Counted from the first letter of the stretch, positions 41,428-53,954 are shown. The stretch: DNA of 64,000 nt from Eledone cirrhosa (GCA_964016885.1 OZ024754.1:14570001-14634000); one strand, 5' to 3'. Numbers and translations: made by a program. Notes: generated by a model from the letters alone, not told the origin.

Positions 41428-42127
41428 ACAATTGTTTCTACTTTTGGCTCAAGGCCACCAATTATCCCAGTGCATTACAGGTACTTTATTTTATCGACCC
41501 CGTAAAGATGAAAGGCAAAGTTAACCTCGTCAACAGTATCAAGATAATGCTAATAATTGTTTCTACTTTAGGCACAAGGCCAGCAATAACCCAGTGCATT
41601 ACTGGTACTTTATTTTATCGACCCCGTAAGGATGAAAGGCAAAGTCAACCTCGGCGGGATTTGAACTCAGATCGTAAAGGGACTTAACTATGCTGGAAAG
41701 CATGGCGTCCGACCCTCTACTGATACTGCCAATCCACCGCCCTTCTATAGATAATGCTAATAATGGTTTCTGTTTTAGGCGGCACAAGGCCGACAATTTT
41801 GGGCAAAGGGAAAGTTGATTAAATCGACCCCAGTACGTGACTGGTACTTTATTATACCGAACCCGTAGAAAGCTAACATCGGTGAGATTTGAACTCAGAA
41901 CGTAAAAGGACGTAATTATATATCACAAAACAGATTGCCCTTAATCATGGTTTCTTATTTAGGCACAAGGGCAACGATTTGGGGGGAGGGTAAGTCAATT
42001 AAATCGACTCCAATATTTTATTGGTATTTCATGTTATCGACCTCGGTGGGATTTGAACTCAAAACGTAGAAAGTCGTTACTAAATACCGCAAACCATTTT
42101 ATTCGACGCTCTAACGACTCTGCCAAC
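41428..42127 (-). mobile_element. Cluster of four SINE family 1 copies of different ages
   Basis: Partial copy 41428-41530, full copy 41553-41742, degenerate copies about 41765-41915 and 41950-42127. Confidence 0.85.
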
Positions 42128-42172
42128 CTACACTCACTTACACTTTATATATGTATGCTTGTATGAATGTAT

Positions 42173-42249
<77 letters not shown>

Positions 42250-42251
<2 letters not shown>

Positions 42252-42720
42252 TGGAGGCACGTGGCCTAGTGGTAAGGATAATGAACTGAAGATCATTATG
42301 TCGTGGGTTCACAATTGGTGGATTGGCAGTATCGGTAGAGATTCGGACGCCATGCTTTGACGCATAGAGTTACGGCCCTTGCCATTCTGGGTTCAAATCC
42401 CGCCGAGGTTAACTTTGCCTTTCATCCTTACGGGGTCGATAAAATAAAGTACCAGTAATACACTGGGTAATTGCTTGCCTTGTGCCAAAAGTAAAAACAA
42501 TTATGTCGTGGGTTCAATTCCTGGGTTGCGTGTTGTGTTCTTGAGCAAAACACTTCATTTCACGTTACTCCTGTATACTCAGCTGAAAATGAGCACCAGT
42601 AATAATCCTGCGATGGACTGGCGTCCTCCCCAGGAGGGTGTTTTGTACTCTCAGTCGCTTCATGCGATGAAACCGGGATAAGCACCGGCCAAATGAGCCT
42701 TCTGCCTTAAGACAGACTTT
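42250..42720 (+). mobile_element. SINE family 2 interrupted by a family 1 SINE (42312-42499)
   Basis: 17-bp TSD attatgtcgtgggttca at 42295-42311 and 42500-42516. Confidence 0.85.
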
Positions 42721-42759
42721 TGATTTGTAGATATGAGTGTAGGTGTACAAAGTATACTA

Positions 42760-42967
42760 TCTATCTATCTATCTAAGGCGGGTAAAATTCCCGAGATCCA
42801 TGGACGAGTTCTCTCCAGCGGTCTCTGTCCCTCATTATCGCTGCCATGTCCTGCGTCTCCAACAAACCAGTGTCTGTCCTTAGGGTAAGAACATACGTTA
42901 ACCTTGGTCTTCCTCTTCTAGTGTGTCCATGTAGGGGCTCCCAAAGACATATATATGGCATAAACAC
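42760..42967 (-). pseudogene. RTE LINE 3' end with (AGAT)n tail
   Basis: LWEPLHGHTRRGRPRLTYV...MRDRDRWRELV followed by tagatagatag. Confidence 0.8.
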
Positions 42968-43233
42968 CAGTTTGATGAGTCTTTGAGCTTGGAACAGACA
43001 TTATCCAATTTTATTTTATTTTATCTTATGGTTTTCATCCAAATGTTTAAAGTATCTACTTTGTATAACTTCTATAATTTAGCCTTGTTCATCATCACTC
43101 ATTTTCCGCAATCATCTCCTATATGTTGACCTTTCATACCACCATAGGTATGAATGACGATGTATGGAATTGGCTTTAGTGATGAAACAAAGAAAATTAT
43201 CGTATTAATATTATTATTGTTTAATTTTCAAGA

Positions 43234-43470
43234 GAGGTGAATCAGCAGTATCGGTAGAGCATCGGTCAATATGCTTTGCGGCATAGAGTTACAGACGTTT
43301 ACTTTCTAAATTGAAATGTACCGAGTTTAGCTTTCCCTTTCATCCTTACGGGGTCAATAAAATAAAGTACCAGTAACACAGTCAAATATTGGGGTCGATT
43401 TAATCGACTTCCTCTCCCCAAAAATTGTTGAACTTGCACTTAGATCAGAGCCCATTAATATTATTATTGT
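43234..43470 (+). mobile_element. Older SINE family 1-related copy
   Basis: cagtatcggtagagc...cttcatccttacggggtcaataaaataaagtaccag...ggggtcgatttaatcgact. Confidence 0.75.
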
Positions 43471-44021
43471 TGTTGTTCTTGTTATGAGGAGAAGAAGAAG
43501 AAGAAGAAGAAGAAGAAGAAGAAGAAGAAGAAGAAGAAGAAGAAGAAGAAGAAGAAGAAGAAGAAGAAGAAGAAGAAGAAGAAGAAGAAGATTCACATAG
43601 TACAGAAATAAAACCTAATAAAACCGTATCTGAAATCAAAGAACGCCTGAAAGAAGAGATGAATTTATACTTAGAAAAACAAGTAATTTGTAGAAAAACA
43701 GAAGGGATGCTGCAAAGGAACATATGGCCCTACAGATCAATTACTGGTTAGGGAAGTCATAAGTGAAAACTATAGGATTGGCAAGAATGGTTTGGGCAGA
43801 GTTCTCTACCCTTCGGTTTTCGTCATGAAGTAAGCAGCTAACTGTAATGTGAAGGTGAATTAAATACATTGCAGATAAAAGAGGAGATTATATAATTTAA
43901 TCCCATCTCTAATAGAAGAGTAATAAGTTTCTCTCTCTTTCTCTCCATATCCCACTCTCTGCCACTCTTTCTCTTTTTTCCTATTGTTCTCTCTCTTTCT
44001 CTCTCTCGTTCTTTCTATCTC

Positions 44022-44096
<75 letters not shown>

Positions 44097-44131
44097 CTCT
44101 CTCCCTTTCTCCTTCTTTCTCTCTCTACCCC

Positions 44132-44182
<51 letters not shown>

Positions 44183-44379
44183 GCTCACACACATTCTCTT
44201 TCTCTCTTTGTCTCCATTCGTGCTCCGTCTGTCGTTAACACATTTAACCAATGTATTGAACCCGGCTGGACTAGGAAACACATTTTACGGAAAAACGACC
44301 AACCATATTGTGTATGCGTACTAACTCAAGATGTTCGATGTAGATAATATACATCTAGAAACACTGCAACAGACAATAC

Positions 44380-45000
44380 ATGGATTTACCAAATAAAATG
44401 TTATGTAATTCGGATGAGAAAAATTTACCAAAGCAACCTTGATGAAAAGAAACTAATGTAAAGTTAAATAAAGAAACAGAGATGAGACAAATAACAAATT
44501 GAAATATAACTAAGAGTTAAGGAACTATACAGAGCACAACACACATAAAAACAAAAGTATATTAGGAAAGAATAGTATTAGTGCATTAGATTATTATTAA
44601 AACAGAGATAAGTGCCAAAAATAAAAAGGATAATAGGCAGTAATAACTTACAGTTGTAATATTCTTAACTGGACGCTAAAGGAATTAGCAAGACTAGACA
44701 GGAAAACAAGAAATATAATGACTGCATTTAGAATAAATCATTGAAACATCTGACACAGAAACCTTATGTTTACCATGCATGAATAGTGAGGTGGGTATCT
44801 AGAAAATTACGATAAAATATCTGCTGTAAAACTACAAAAACTTAATAAAGAATAACAGAAAACTAATATGAATAACTACGAACCACAAATAAAAGAAAAG
44901 AAGAAAAGCTGTTTCTTGGCCAACAGAAGCTAACAAAGATAATGGAGTCACTGAAGTAACAGAGAGCTTGAAGTACAGAGGTAAAAAAAAGATCAGGATT
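44380..45000 (+). pseudogene. Degenerate R4/Dong-like LINE fragment
   Basis: Broken similarity to about 50050-50650 (ctggacgctaaaggaattagcaagactagacaggaaaacaagaaatataatgact...tcattg...tgacacagaaaccttatgtttacca). Confidence 0.5.
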
Positions 45001-45135
45001 TGTTAAAAATCTAAAGCTTCATCTAAACATGGGGTAACAAATTGTCGTGTTATGTGAAAATAGATTAAAAGTGGCGTTTTAAAGATCTCGTTATGTATTT
45101 TAAGTTGATTCAAACGGGGTTGTTGGGAGTTATTT

Positions 45136-45195
<60 letters not shown>

Positions 45196-45291
45196 TTATT
45201 CACACAGACACACTTTCGCACAAATACACACACACATATTTATGATAAGTTATAGATATGTAATATATATATATATATAGATAAATATAAA

Positions 45292-45476
45292 TATTGTCTC
45301 TACTTTTTGACACAAGGCCAGCAATTACCCAGTGCATTACTGGTACTTTATTTTATCGACCCCGTAAGGATGAAAGGCAAAGTTAACCTCGGCGGGATTC
45401 GAACTCAGAATGACAAGGGCCGTAACTCTATGCGTTAAAGCATAGCGTCCGGCCCTCTACCGATACTGCCAATCCA
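45292..45476 (-). mobile_element. SINE family 1
   Basis: Reverse complement of 17057-17250. Confidence 0.9.
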
Positions 45477-45542
45477 GCTACATATATAAATATACAGACA
45501 TTTCTATGCTTTATATGTTCATTCTTTCATTACAACAGCAGA

Positions 45543-45617
45543 GGTCCGACGAGCTTTTGATTCCAGAGTCGGGCCAGATCGAACCTTGAGCTGATCAATA
45601 GCGAAACGCGCGTCACC
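45543..45617 (+). ncRNA. Hammerhead ribozyme motif with long stem II and U4C core (family B)
   Basis: ggt CCGACGA gcttttgatt [28 nt] gatcaatagc GAAAC gcgc GTC acc, with a GUC site and palindromic loop III. Confidence 0.72.
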
Positions 45618-45672
45618 AATCAATAAACGTAATGAAGACATAACAACTCGTCCGTGTATTATATATATATAT

Positions 45673-46089
45673 CCCATGTACATCAATACTCATCTTTTTC
45701 CATTTATCTGAGGGTTCTAAACCCCATTATCAGACTAAAATTTCTTTAGTTAAAAAAATACGGTGAAAGCTATTCTATTTTCTAATTTCAAACCTGCTCA
45801 CTATTTCAAAACATACTTACTTGTCATTTATACTCGCTAAGAATGTAGCTTCTAATTTGAATGGAAAGAGATGGGTGATGTGTTGGTGTAATGGTAGCAC
45901 AGTGGTCTGGATAACCAAAGATGTGGGTTCGTCTCCCATGTACATCAATACTCATCTTTTTCCATTTATCTGAGGGTTCTAAACCCCATTATCAAACTAA
46001 AATTTCTTTAGTTAAAAAAATACGGTGAAAGCTATTCTATTTTCTAATTTCAAACCTGCTCACTGTTTCAAAACATACTTACTTGTCAT
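45673..46089 (+). mobile_element. Partial tandem (about 157-bp direct repeat) element between (TA)n tracts containing a tRNA-like sequence
   Basis: cccatgtacatcaatactcatc...catacttacttgtcat occurs at about 45673-45828 and about 45935-46090. Confidence 0.75.
45877..45947 (+). tRNA. tRNA-like cloverleaf (anticodon GGA), probably a pseudo-tRNA or SINE head
   Basis: Acceptor gatgtgt/gtacatc, D arm gtgt-aatggta-gcac, anticodon arm gtggt-ctGGAta-accaa, T arm gtggg-ttcgtct-cccat. A T5 run lies about 10 nt downstream. Confidence 0.55.
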
Positions 46090-46549
46090 ATATATATATA
46101 TAATACACTCTTCGACAAACCTACATTTGGCGCAAAATCAATTTTTAACATTCACGTGACCTCTACCGACCAATCATAATTGTTTTGACTACAAGAATTT
46201 TTGCAACATGAATTGGCGCGAAACTTATAGTACTCATTCACGTGACATTCAACAACCAACAAAATCTTAATACCTCTGGAGCCACTTTTTTCACATAAAA
46301 CAGGCAGAATTTCCAAAACTGATCAGATTAGAGCAAACATCACGGGCGCTCTATGTCAAAATTATTTTTGAAAAGCATTAGAAATGCGCAACCGGTAAAA
46401 ATTTAAAACTAAAACTGAATACTAACCAATACTTATTACTAATTTTTACTTATTCCTAATTAAACTATTTTTCCCTTGGAAAAATGTGTCAGCATTTTCT
46501 TTTCCTTTTACTAATATATCACAACTCGTGTGTTACACCTCTATTCTTT

Positions 46550-46637
<88 letters not shown>

Positions 46638-46703
46638 AGGGACGTAACTATGCTAGAAAGCATGGCGTCCGACCCTCTACTGATACTGCCAATTCACCGT
46701 CCT

Positions 46704-46774
<71 letters not shown>

Positions 46775-47838
46775 TATTTAAATCAATTGTGAAATAACAA
46801 CTCTTAGTACAAATGTTACATAAACCACCGAAGGAAGTCCCATAAAATTTCGGATCCATATTATATTGTTATATCGCTCAAATATTCAATTTTGTATTAT
46901 ATATTTTGTATTCAAAAAAAGAAAATGGTTATAAATGGAAGAAAACACCCTCTAGAACAACCAAATAACAGCAATTTCACCAACACCAGAAACTTGATAC
47001 ACCACCTATCCCATCACACTAAATATAACAGCCAGATAACGGCAATTTCACCACCACCACCATCAATCCCAGCATCATAATAATAATTACTATTATTATT
47101 GTCTCAAGTTTTAACAAAATGTTTAATCCCAATTTTACGGGAATATGTCAACACAATATATATTAAACATACGAACACAAACTCATAGATACTACATCAC
47201 AAAACTCAGTAATGACAATGCCACCGCCGCCATCACCCCATCGTTCATTGCTACCACTATCCCATCACCGCCGCCACCACTCCTTCATTGCTACCACCAC
47301 TATTCCCCTGTTAACTTGAGAGAGAAAGGGGAAGGTGGCGGTATCACTAGACAAGCGAGAGGCTAGCAAAAGATATAAATAGATTGACTTAGTGACCTGG
47401 CCACCGGCCAAACGTCAACATCAACAACTATGGGACTGCTGGCTCACCCCTTCCTCACCAACAATATAAAAAGCCCCGGCACCACCACCGACATAGCCAA
47501 CAACAATAACAGGCAACTTCAGCAAAAAGTATATTATATTATTGTAATGCACTGGGTGATTGCTGGCCTTGTGCCTGGAGTGGAGACAATTATTAATAAT
47601 TTCATTCTTAAGCCACGCAATGCTCACATTAAGGAACCACTCATGATATTAACAATTTAAAAAACAACAAAAAGAAAACCCCGTGACCAAGAAATACCGG
47701 GATGGCGGCCGGCGGGGAATAGCCGTGTCTCTAGGGGAGAACGACCCCGCTAGTCTTGGTTGACACTCGTTCTAGAAGTGGTAACACGAAATGATTACCC
47801 CTTGGCGGATAAGGATAAAACGCGACAAAATAAAGTAA

Positions 47839-49383
47839 ATGTCTAATGATAAAATCTCATACCGGATCGGCCGTCACCCGGGTAAAAAAGGGCCGCGTCC
47901 CTCAGAGAGGAACCAGACTGGGGTCGAAAAATCAGCTAATGGTTCAAACCTTCCCATCACTTCGGAGCTGGAGACCTCCCATAACCGGAATACTCCTACT
48001 GTTGGCCCTCCATGCTCACCACCAAGAAATCCAAAGAAAAAGAGAGAAAAATGGTCAAGGGAAGATAATAAAGAAGTCCTTGAGGCTTTCTACACTGCCA
48101 TGTACTACCCATCAAATACATCAAATACAGAACAGACATATATCAACTGGAAAAAGAAACATCCCGAAAACAGAGGCTATATTGACAGTAACAAACTAGC
48201 CAATATACGAAGAAATATTGTAAGAAAAAAGTTACTAACTGATATAGAAATTGATCAGATCACGCTATTAGCACAAAGTCAGCGAAGGGAAAATGAAACA
48301 TGTGTCAGTGAAAACGAGGTAAACTGTAACACTTCGAATCCAAGGGTTGGGGCGGAATCACTGGCAACAGAACAAATTAAAGAAAGGATCGAAAAAGTGG
48401 AGGGAGTGCATGCTCAGGATGAAACTCCAAATGAAAATAATGAGATCGTAAATGATAAAGAAATGAATGAGAATGAACTTGCCAACTTGAAGGATGAAAT
48501 TATGATCGAATGGATGAAAATGAAAGAATCTGACATGGGGCAACGAGACACCCTCCCTAAGATCCAGAACTCCAAACAGAACCAAAAGATAATACACAAG
48601 ACTAACATAATTCTCAAAAACATTATCATCACAAACAAACTAAACATTACTGATTTAAATCATCTCTATTATGCATCGGCTAAAGTCACCACTCACTTAT
48701 GTGGAGTGAAGATGAAAAAACAAAGGAATTCCCACAAGAAATCTACTTGGCAAGAGAACATCAATCGCCAAATAAACCTTCTCCGATCTGACATAGAAAT
48801 TTTAACAAACTATAAAGTAGGTGAACATGTTAAACAAACTAAACTTAGAAAATTGACAAAAAAGTACAGTATAAAATCAACATGTGACATAGACATGCTG
48901 ATAGAAATAATCAAGCAAAAAGTGTCGGCCAAAGCTGCTCGTATAAGGCGCTTTGAAAAACGATCTAGATTCTATAAGGACAATAATATGTTCAAAAACA
49001 ACCAAAGAAACTTCTACAGAAAAATTGGTAAGTCAACAATAACTGCTAAATCAATACCACCCAAGGAGGAAGTGCAAGAATTCTGGGAAAAGATCTGGGC
49101 CGAAGAAAAAGTTCATAACATACATGCCCCATGGATAGACAGACAAATGAAAGATACAGCTCACCTTGAGGAACAAATATGGGAAAATATAACAGTTGAA
49201 CAGTTGCGCTTGGCTCTAAGAAAAACCAGCAAATGGAAATCCCCAGGAAAAGACAAAATACAAAACTTTTGGATAAATGCCTTCACAGAGTCTCATGAGC
49301 TGTTAGCCCAACTTTACAATGAAATAGTTAAGGAGCCAGAAAAGATACCATCACGGCATTACATTCCTGCTTCCGAAGAATGA
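47839..49383 (+). CDS. R4/Dong-like ORF, N-terminal part (frameshifted near 49350)
   Basis: REKWSREDNKEVLEAFY...KAARIRRFEKR...FKNNQRNFYR...FWEKIW...WKSPGKDKIQNFW, covering the pre-RT region and RT motif 0. Confidence 0.85.
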   Translation: MSNDKISYRIGRHPGKKGPRPSERNQTGVEKSANGSNLPITSELETSHNRNTPTVGPPCSPPRNPKKKREKWSREDNKEVLEAFYTAMYYPSNTSNTEQTYINWKKKHPENRGYIDSNKLANIRRNIVRKKLLTDIEIDQITLLAQSQRRENETCVSENEVNCNTSNPRVGAESLATEQIKERIEKVEGVHAQDETPNENNEIVNDKEMNENELANLKDEIMIEWMKMKESDMGQRDTLPKIQNSKQNQKIIHKTNIILKNIIITNKLNITDLNHLYYASAKVTTHLCGVKMKKQRNSHKKSTWQENINRQINLLRSDIEILTNYKVGEHVKQTKLRKLTKKYSIKSTCDIDMLIEIIKQKVSAKAARIRRFEKRSRFYKDNNMFKNNQRNFYRKIGKSTITAKSIPPKEEVQEFWEKIWAEEKVHNIHAPWIDRQMKDTAHLEEQIWENITVEQLRLALRKTSKWKSPGKDKIQNFWINAFTESHELLAQLYNEIVKEPEKIPSRHYIPASEE

Positions 49384-51478
49384 TGAGACAAACAACCCCA
49401 AAAATTACAGACTGATAATTTGCTTGACCACAATGTATAAAATTTTAACATCAGTCCTAACTGAATACACATATGACTACCTGATAACAAATGACCTATT
49501 TCCCATTGAGCAGAAAGGGTGTAAACGAGGCTCATATGGCTGTAAGGATCAGCTTCTGGTTAACAAAATGATACTGGAAGATTGTCATAATAGACACAAA
49601 AATCTATCGATTGCTTGGATAGATTATAAAAAAGCATTCGATAGTTTGCCACACAGTTGGATTGAAAAATGTTTAGAGATTTTCAAAATATCCCCCGTTG
49701 TCAGGAGGTTTTTGTCATTCAGTATGAAGACATGGAAAACGACACTCCTTTTGAATAGTGAAACAAAATCACTGGAAGCTGGAGAAGTTAATATTAATTG
49801 TGGAATTTTTCAGGGTGACTCTTTATCACCGCTTTTATTCTGCATCGCACTTATACCATTAAGTAAAATGCTGAATGAAACAAAACATGGATATAAAGTC
49901 TATGACAAAACCATTAATCACCTGTTCTACATGGATGACCTGAAACTATTTGCAAAAAATGATGAACAATTGCAAGGGCTATTATCCACTGTGGAGCAGT
50001 TCAGTGATGACATTAAAATGGAGTTTGGACTAGATAAATGCGCCAAAGCAACGTTCACCAGAGGAAAGCTGCTGAAGAGTTCAGACATTAATCTTGATCG
50101 GGGTAACGTGATAAGAGAACTTGATCAAGAAAAAACTTACAAATATCTAGGTGTTTGTGAAGGAGACGGAATCAAGCACTCGACAATGAGGGAAAGGATA
50201 AGGAAGGAATGTTACCGCAGAGTAAGAGCAATCTTAAGAACGGAATTGAATGCAAGGAATAGGATCGATGCCATAAACACGCTTGCCATACCAGTAGTAA
50301 CCTACAGTTACAATGTCATCAACTGGTCAAGCACAGAGATCCGTAGGCTCGATACAAAAATTCGAAAATTCTTAACCATGCACAGAATGCATCACCCTAA
50401 GGCAGATATAGATAGAAAATATCTCCCTAGGAAAGAAGGAGGACGTGGGTTAGTCCAGTTAGACATTGCGTTGAAAACTGCAACAATTGGATTATCTACA
50501 TATCTAAGGGAATCACATGATTGGATGATCAAACTCGTTTTGAAACACGAAAGCATCAAAAGATCATATTCCATTACAAAAGATGCACAAAGATACAGTA
50601 ATGGACTACAAATTTCAGAAGTCCCATTTACTGCTGAAATGGAAAACACAGAAAAAGCAAAGCAGGTAAAAGTAACTGCAAAGAAAGAACTGCTACAGAA
50701 ACTGGCTAAGAAATGGCAAGAAAAGCCTCTATATAGAAAATACCTAGAGCGAGCTAACAATCCTGATGTTGACAAAACTTTAACCCATCAGTGGTTAGCA
50801 TCCTCTGGACTGAAATCGGAGACTGAAGGACTGATTATATCAGCACAAGATCAGTGTCTGCCAACAAAAAATTACCAAGCCAACATAATAAAAAATGGAT
50901 GCAGCCCATTATGCCGTGTATGCAAAAAACAACCAGAGACCATTGACCATATAATTTCAATGTGCAGTCCTATAGCTCCAACCGAATACCTAAACAGGCA
51001 TGACAGAGCTGCACAATACATACATTGGATAATGTGTAAGCATTTTGACCTGCCCCATCAAAAGAATTGGTGGGAGCATCAACCACCTCCCACACTTGAA
51101 AAAGATCACATTTCAATCTTGTGGAACTTTAGCATCCAAACAGACCGAAAAATAGATGCAAATAGACCTGATATAATATTGAAGGACTTTAAAAAGAGGG
51201 TATGCCTGCTAATTGATATGTCTGTTCCAATAGACAAGAATGTATCTATAAAAACATTTGAAAAATTGAGCAAGTATAAGGACCTGGAGATAGAAATTGG
51301 AAAAATGTGGAAATTGAGAACTAAAACAATGCCAGTGGTTGTAGGCTCTCTGGGAATGATACCTAAGGGGTCTAATGATTACTTATCGCAAATCCCAGGA
51401 AACCCGCGTATAGGAGAAATACAAAAGATAGTACTAATGGGAACTGCCCATATACTAAGGAAGATTCTGTCAATATAA
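49355..51478 (+). CDS. R4/Dong-like RT + CCHC + restriction-like endonuclease
   Basis: The frame opens at GITFLLPKNDETNNPKNYR. Motifs: WIDYKKAFDS, GIFQGDSLSP, FYMDDLKL, YKYLG, CRVC...ETIDHIISMC, RHD, RPDI...IDMSVP...EKLSKY. Confidence 0.92.
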   Translation, partial: GITFLLPKNDETNNPKNYRLIICLTTMYKILTSVLTEYTYDYLITNDLFPIEQKGCKRGSYGCKDQLLVNKMILEDCHNRHKNLSIAWIDYKKAFDSLPHSWIEKCLEIFKISPVVRRFLSFSMKTWKTTLLLNSETKSLEAGEVNINCGIFQGDSLSPLLFCIALIPLSKMLNETKHGYKVYDKTINHLFYMDDLKLFAKNDEQLQGLLSTVEQFSDDIKMEFGLDKCAKATFTRGKLLKSSDINLDRGNVIRELDQEKTYKYLGVCEGDGIKHSTMRERIRKECYRRVRAILRTELNARNRIDAINTLAIPVVTYSYNVINWSSTEIRRLDTKIRKFLTMHRMHHPKADIDRKYLPRKEGGRGLVQLDIALKTATIGLSTYLRESHDWMIKLVLKHESIKRSYSITKDAQRYSNGLQISEVPFTAEMENTEKAKQVKVTAKKELLQKLAKKWQEKPLYRKYLERANNPDVDKTLTHQWLASSGLKSETEGLIISAQDQCLPTKNYQANIIKNGCSPLCRVCKKQPETIDHIISMCSPIAPTEYLNRHDRAAQYIHWIMCKHFDLPHQKNWWEHQPPPTLEKDHISILWNFSIQTDRKIDANRPDIILKDFKKRVCLLIDMSVPIDKNVSIKTFEKLSKYKDLEIEIGKMWKLRTKTMPVVVGSLGMIPKGSNDYLSQIPGNPRIGEIQKIVLMGTAHILRKILSI

Positions 51479-51621
51479 GTACATCACAAGTCTAAACACT
51501 AAAGATGCATGTGTGAGTATGTATGTTCTTTCTTGAACATGGCGGACCTTGTTGTCTCTTGAGGTCACTGGTTGTGACTTGGTGATAACTCGTATGAACA
51601 TAAAGCAAGATAAATGCAACT

Positions 51622-51667
<46 letters not shown>

Positions 51668-52202
51668 TAACAATGCTTTCTTTATTAACCACAGGGGTTT
51701 ACACAAAGTAGACATTAAGGACAGTACAGTACAATACAGGACGGTACAAAAGGGCATTTCTGCGTGTAAAAAACCAAAAAACAGAGGATGTAATAATAGA
51801 ACAATGAAAAAATTGCCCAATAGGGAGGGGGGGGGGACTTCCGAAGGCCATCGTGGAGAAAGCCCATTAAAAAGCCACGGTGACCCTGACCACCACGGCA
51901 ATTGTCCTCTCCCAGTTTTCCATCTTCAATTTACAGCCATATACTCAGAGTATGTCCATTCACTCGGGCCATTCTTGCTTCTCTCACCCATCTTTCAACA
52001 AAAAGCTGGGAAGAGAGCACCTCCCTCTCTACCCTGATTTTCCTTTTCAAATGAAATTGGAAAAAGTTAATCAGGGCATCACCGAAGAGGTAAGTGCTCG
52101 TCTTCAGCCCTTTCAGACGTGTCCACCATACTATCTCTTTCGCCATGGCCACCAGACAGATAAAACTGACTGCCCTTCCCGTTATGTCTTCCTTACGTTT
52201 AA

Positions 52203-52250
52203 TTATTGGTGACGCGCGTTTCGCTATTGATCAGCTCAAGGTCTGATCTA
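52203..52250 (-). mobile_element. Family B HHR 3' half fragment
   Basis: attggtgacgcgcgtttcgctattgatcagctcaagg is the reverse complement of 45583-45620. Confidence 0.7.
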
Positions 52251-52323
52251 TCTATCTATGTATCTATCTACCCCCTCTATATATATATATATACATACAT
52301 ATATATATATATATGTGTGTATG

Positions 52324-52432
<109 letters not shown>

Positions 52433-53085
52433 TAATGACTGGCACCCTTCCCAGAGGGGAATTTGTACTTTCAGTCTCTTCAGGCCATGGTAACCAGGAT
52501 AAGCACTGGACTGATGAGTCTACGGGCTCGGAATAGACTTCAGAAACTTTTGTGGTATCAGACCCAACCATATTATACTGACGATACGAACATATTTCAT
52601 AGGATATACCAAAACATCCTTTAAAATAGTGAAGATTAAACATTCCCTGAGTGTCACTGAAGGGCATTTCATTTCATAGTGTTCCCTTCCTGTCCTCTCT
52701 GCAAAACTGGTTAAGTGAACCATCTCTGGTTATAACCTTGGAGTAATTGCAACATTCATGGTACACCTATTTACTTAAGCTTTCCCCTTGAAAGGTAACG
52801 AAATATCTTACTCATTTCATCTCCGCCAGGAAAATACCACTAATATTCCATCTCCTTTACATTATTATAAGATGCCGAAAATCCATTAAAGGGAACATTT
52901 CTTAATGATTGCTTAACACATACCCACACATACACACATTCATATATATATGTGTATATGTGTATATGTGTATATGTGTATATGTGTGTGTATGTATATA
53001 TCTATATATATATACCACACACATATGTATATTTATATATATATATATGTGTGTGTGTGTATATATATATATCTATATATATGAG

Positions 53086-53128
<43 letters not shown>

Positions 53129-53161
53129 ATATATATCTATATATATATGCACACACACACA

Positions 53162-53256
<95 letters not shown>

Positions 53257-53283
53257 ATATATATCTATATATATGAGCATATA

Positions 53284-53338
<55 letters not shown>

Positions 53339-53547
53339 AGGTATATATGTATATATTATATATAATGATTTCTGAGGCATCCTGGGTAACTAACATAGCT
53401 TAGCAAATTACTAACATAAATCACTATTTATCACTTCATATGCATTCACTTGCTCATATATTCACACACACGTACATATGCGCATATATAATATACACAC
53501 CCATATATACATACACACATATATATATATAAATATGTATGTGTGCG

Positions 53548-53584
<37 letters not shown>

Positions 53585-53954
53585 GTGTAAATAGTAAAAA
53601 TGAAAAAAGAAAAAAACAGTAGAAAATGCTAAATGGATTTTCTCTCAGAATAACATCAAAACAATTATTTACAAAATAAGAATTTCTGCATTAATTGTAC
53701 CGGTTTCAGCTTGTAGGCTTTTTCAACGACGGAAGTGTATAATGCAATTAAATTGGATATCAATAAGAATAATAAGAATATGAGAGGGAAATTGTTTTTA
53801 CGTACATATATGAAGAGAAAAGTTCACATTTTTGTCTGTAGTTTTCTTTCTTTCTCTCTTTGTGTTGACCTTAGCATTTTCTACTGTTTTTCTTTTTATT
53901 CTTTTTTACTATTTTTAATATATAACAACTCGTGTGTCACTTCTCTACATTCTA

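Larger units (their letters stand above)
47670..51665 (+). mobile_element. Near full-length R4/Dong-clade (RT + restriction-like endonuclease) non-LTR retrotransposon
   Basis: Structured 5' UTR, one long ORF broken once, and a short 3' UTR ending in (TAA)n at about 51623-51665. Confidence 0.9.

Noticed and set aside
52465-52545. Two HHR-like cores (minus CTGAAGA-gact-GAAA and plus CTGATGA...GGAA)
   Set aside because: The first lacks stem II and the UH site. The second has GGAA and no valid cleavage triplet. At most they are decayed remnants.
53692-53730. Minus-strand TTGAAAA-agc...gct-GAAA-ccgg-TA motif
   Set aside because: It resembles a decayed minimal HHR with a palindromic loop but has two core mismatches and a poor stem I.
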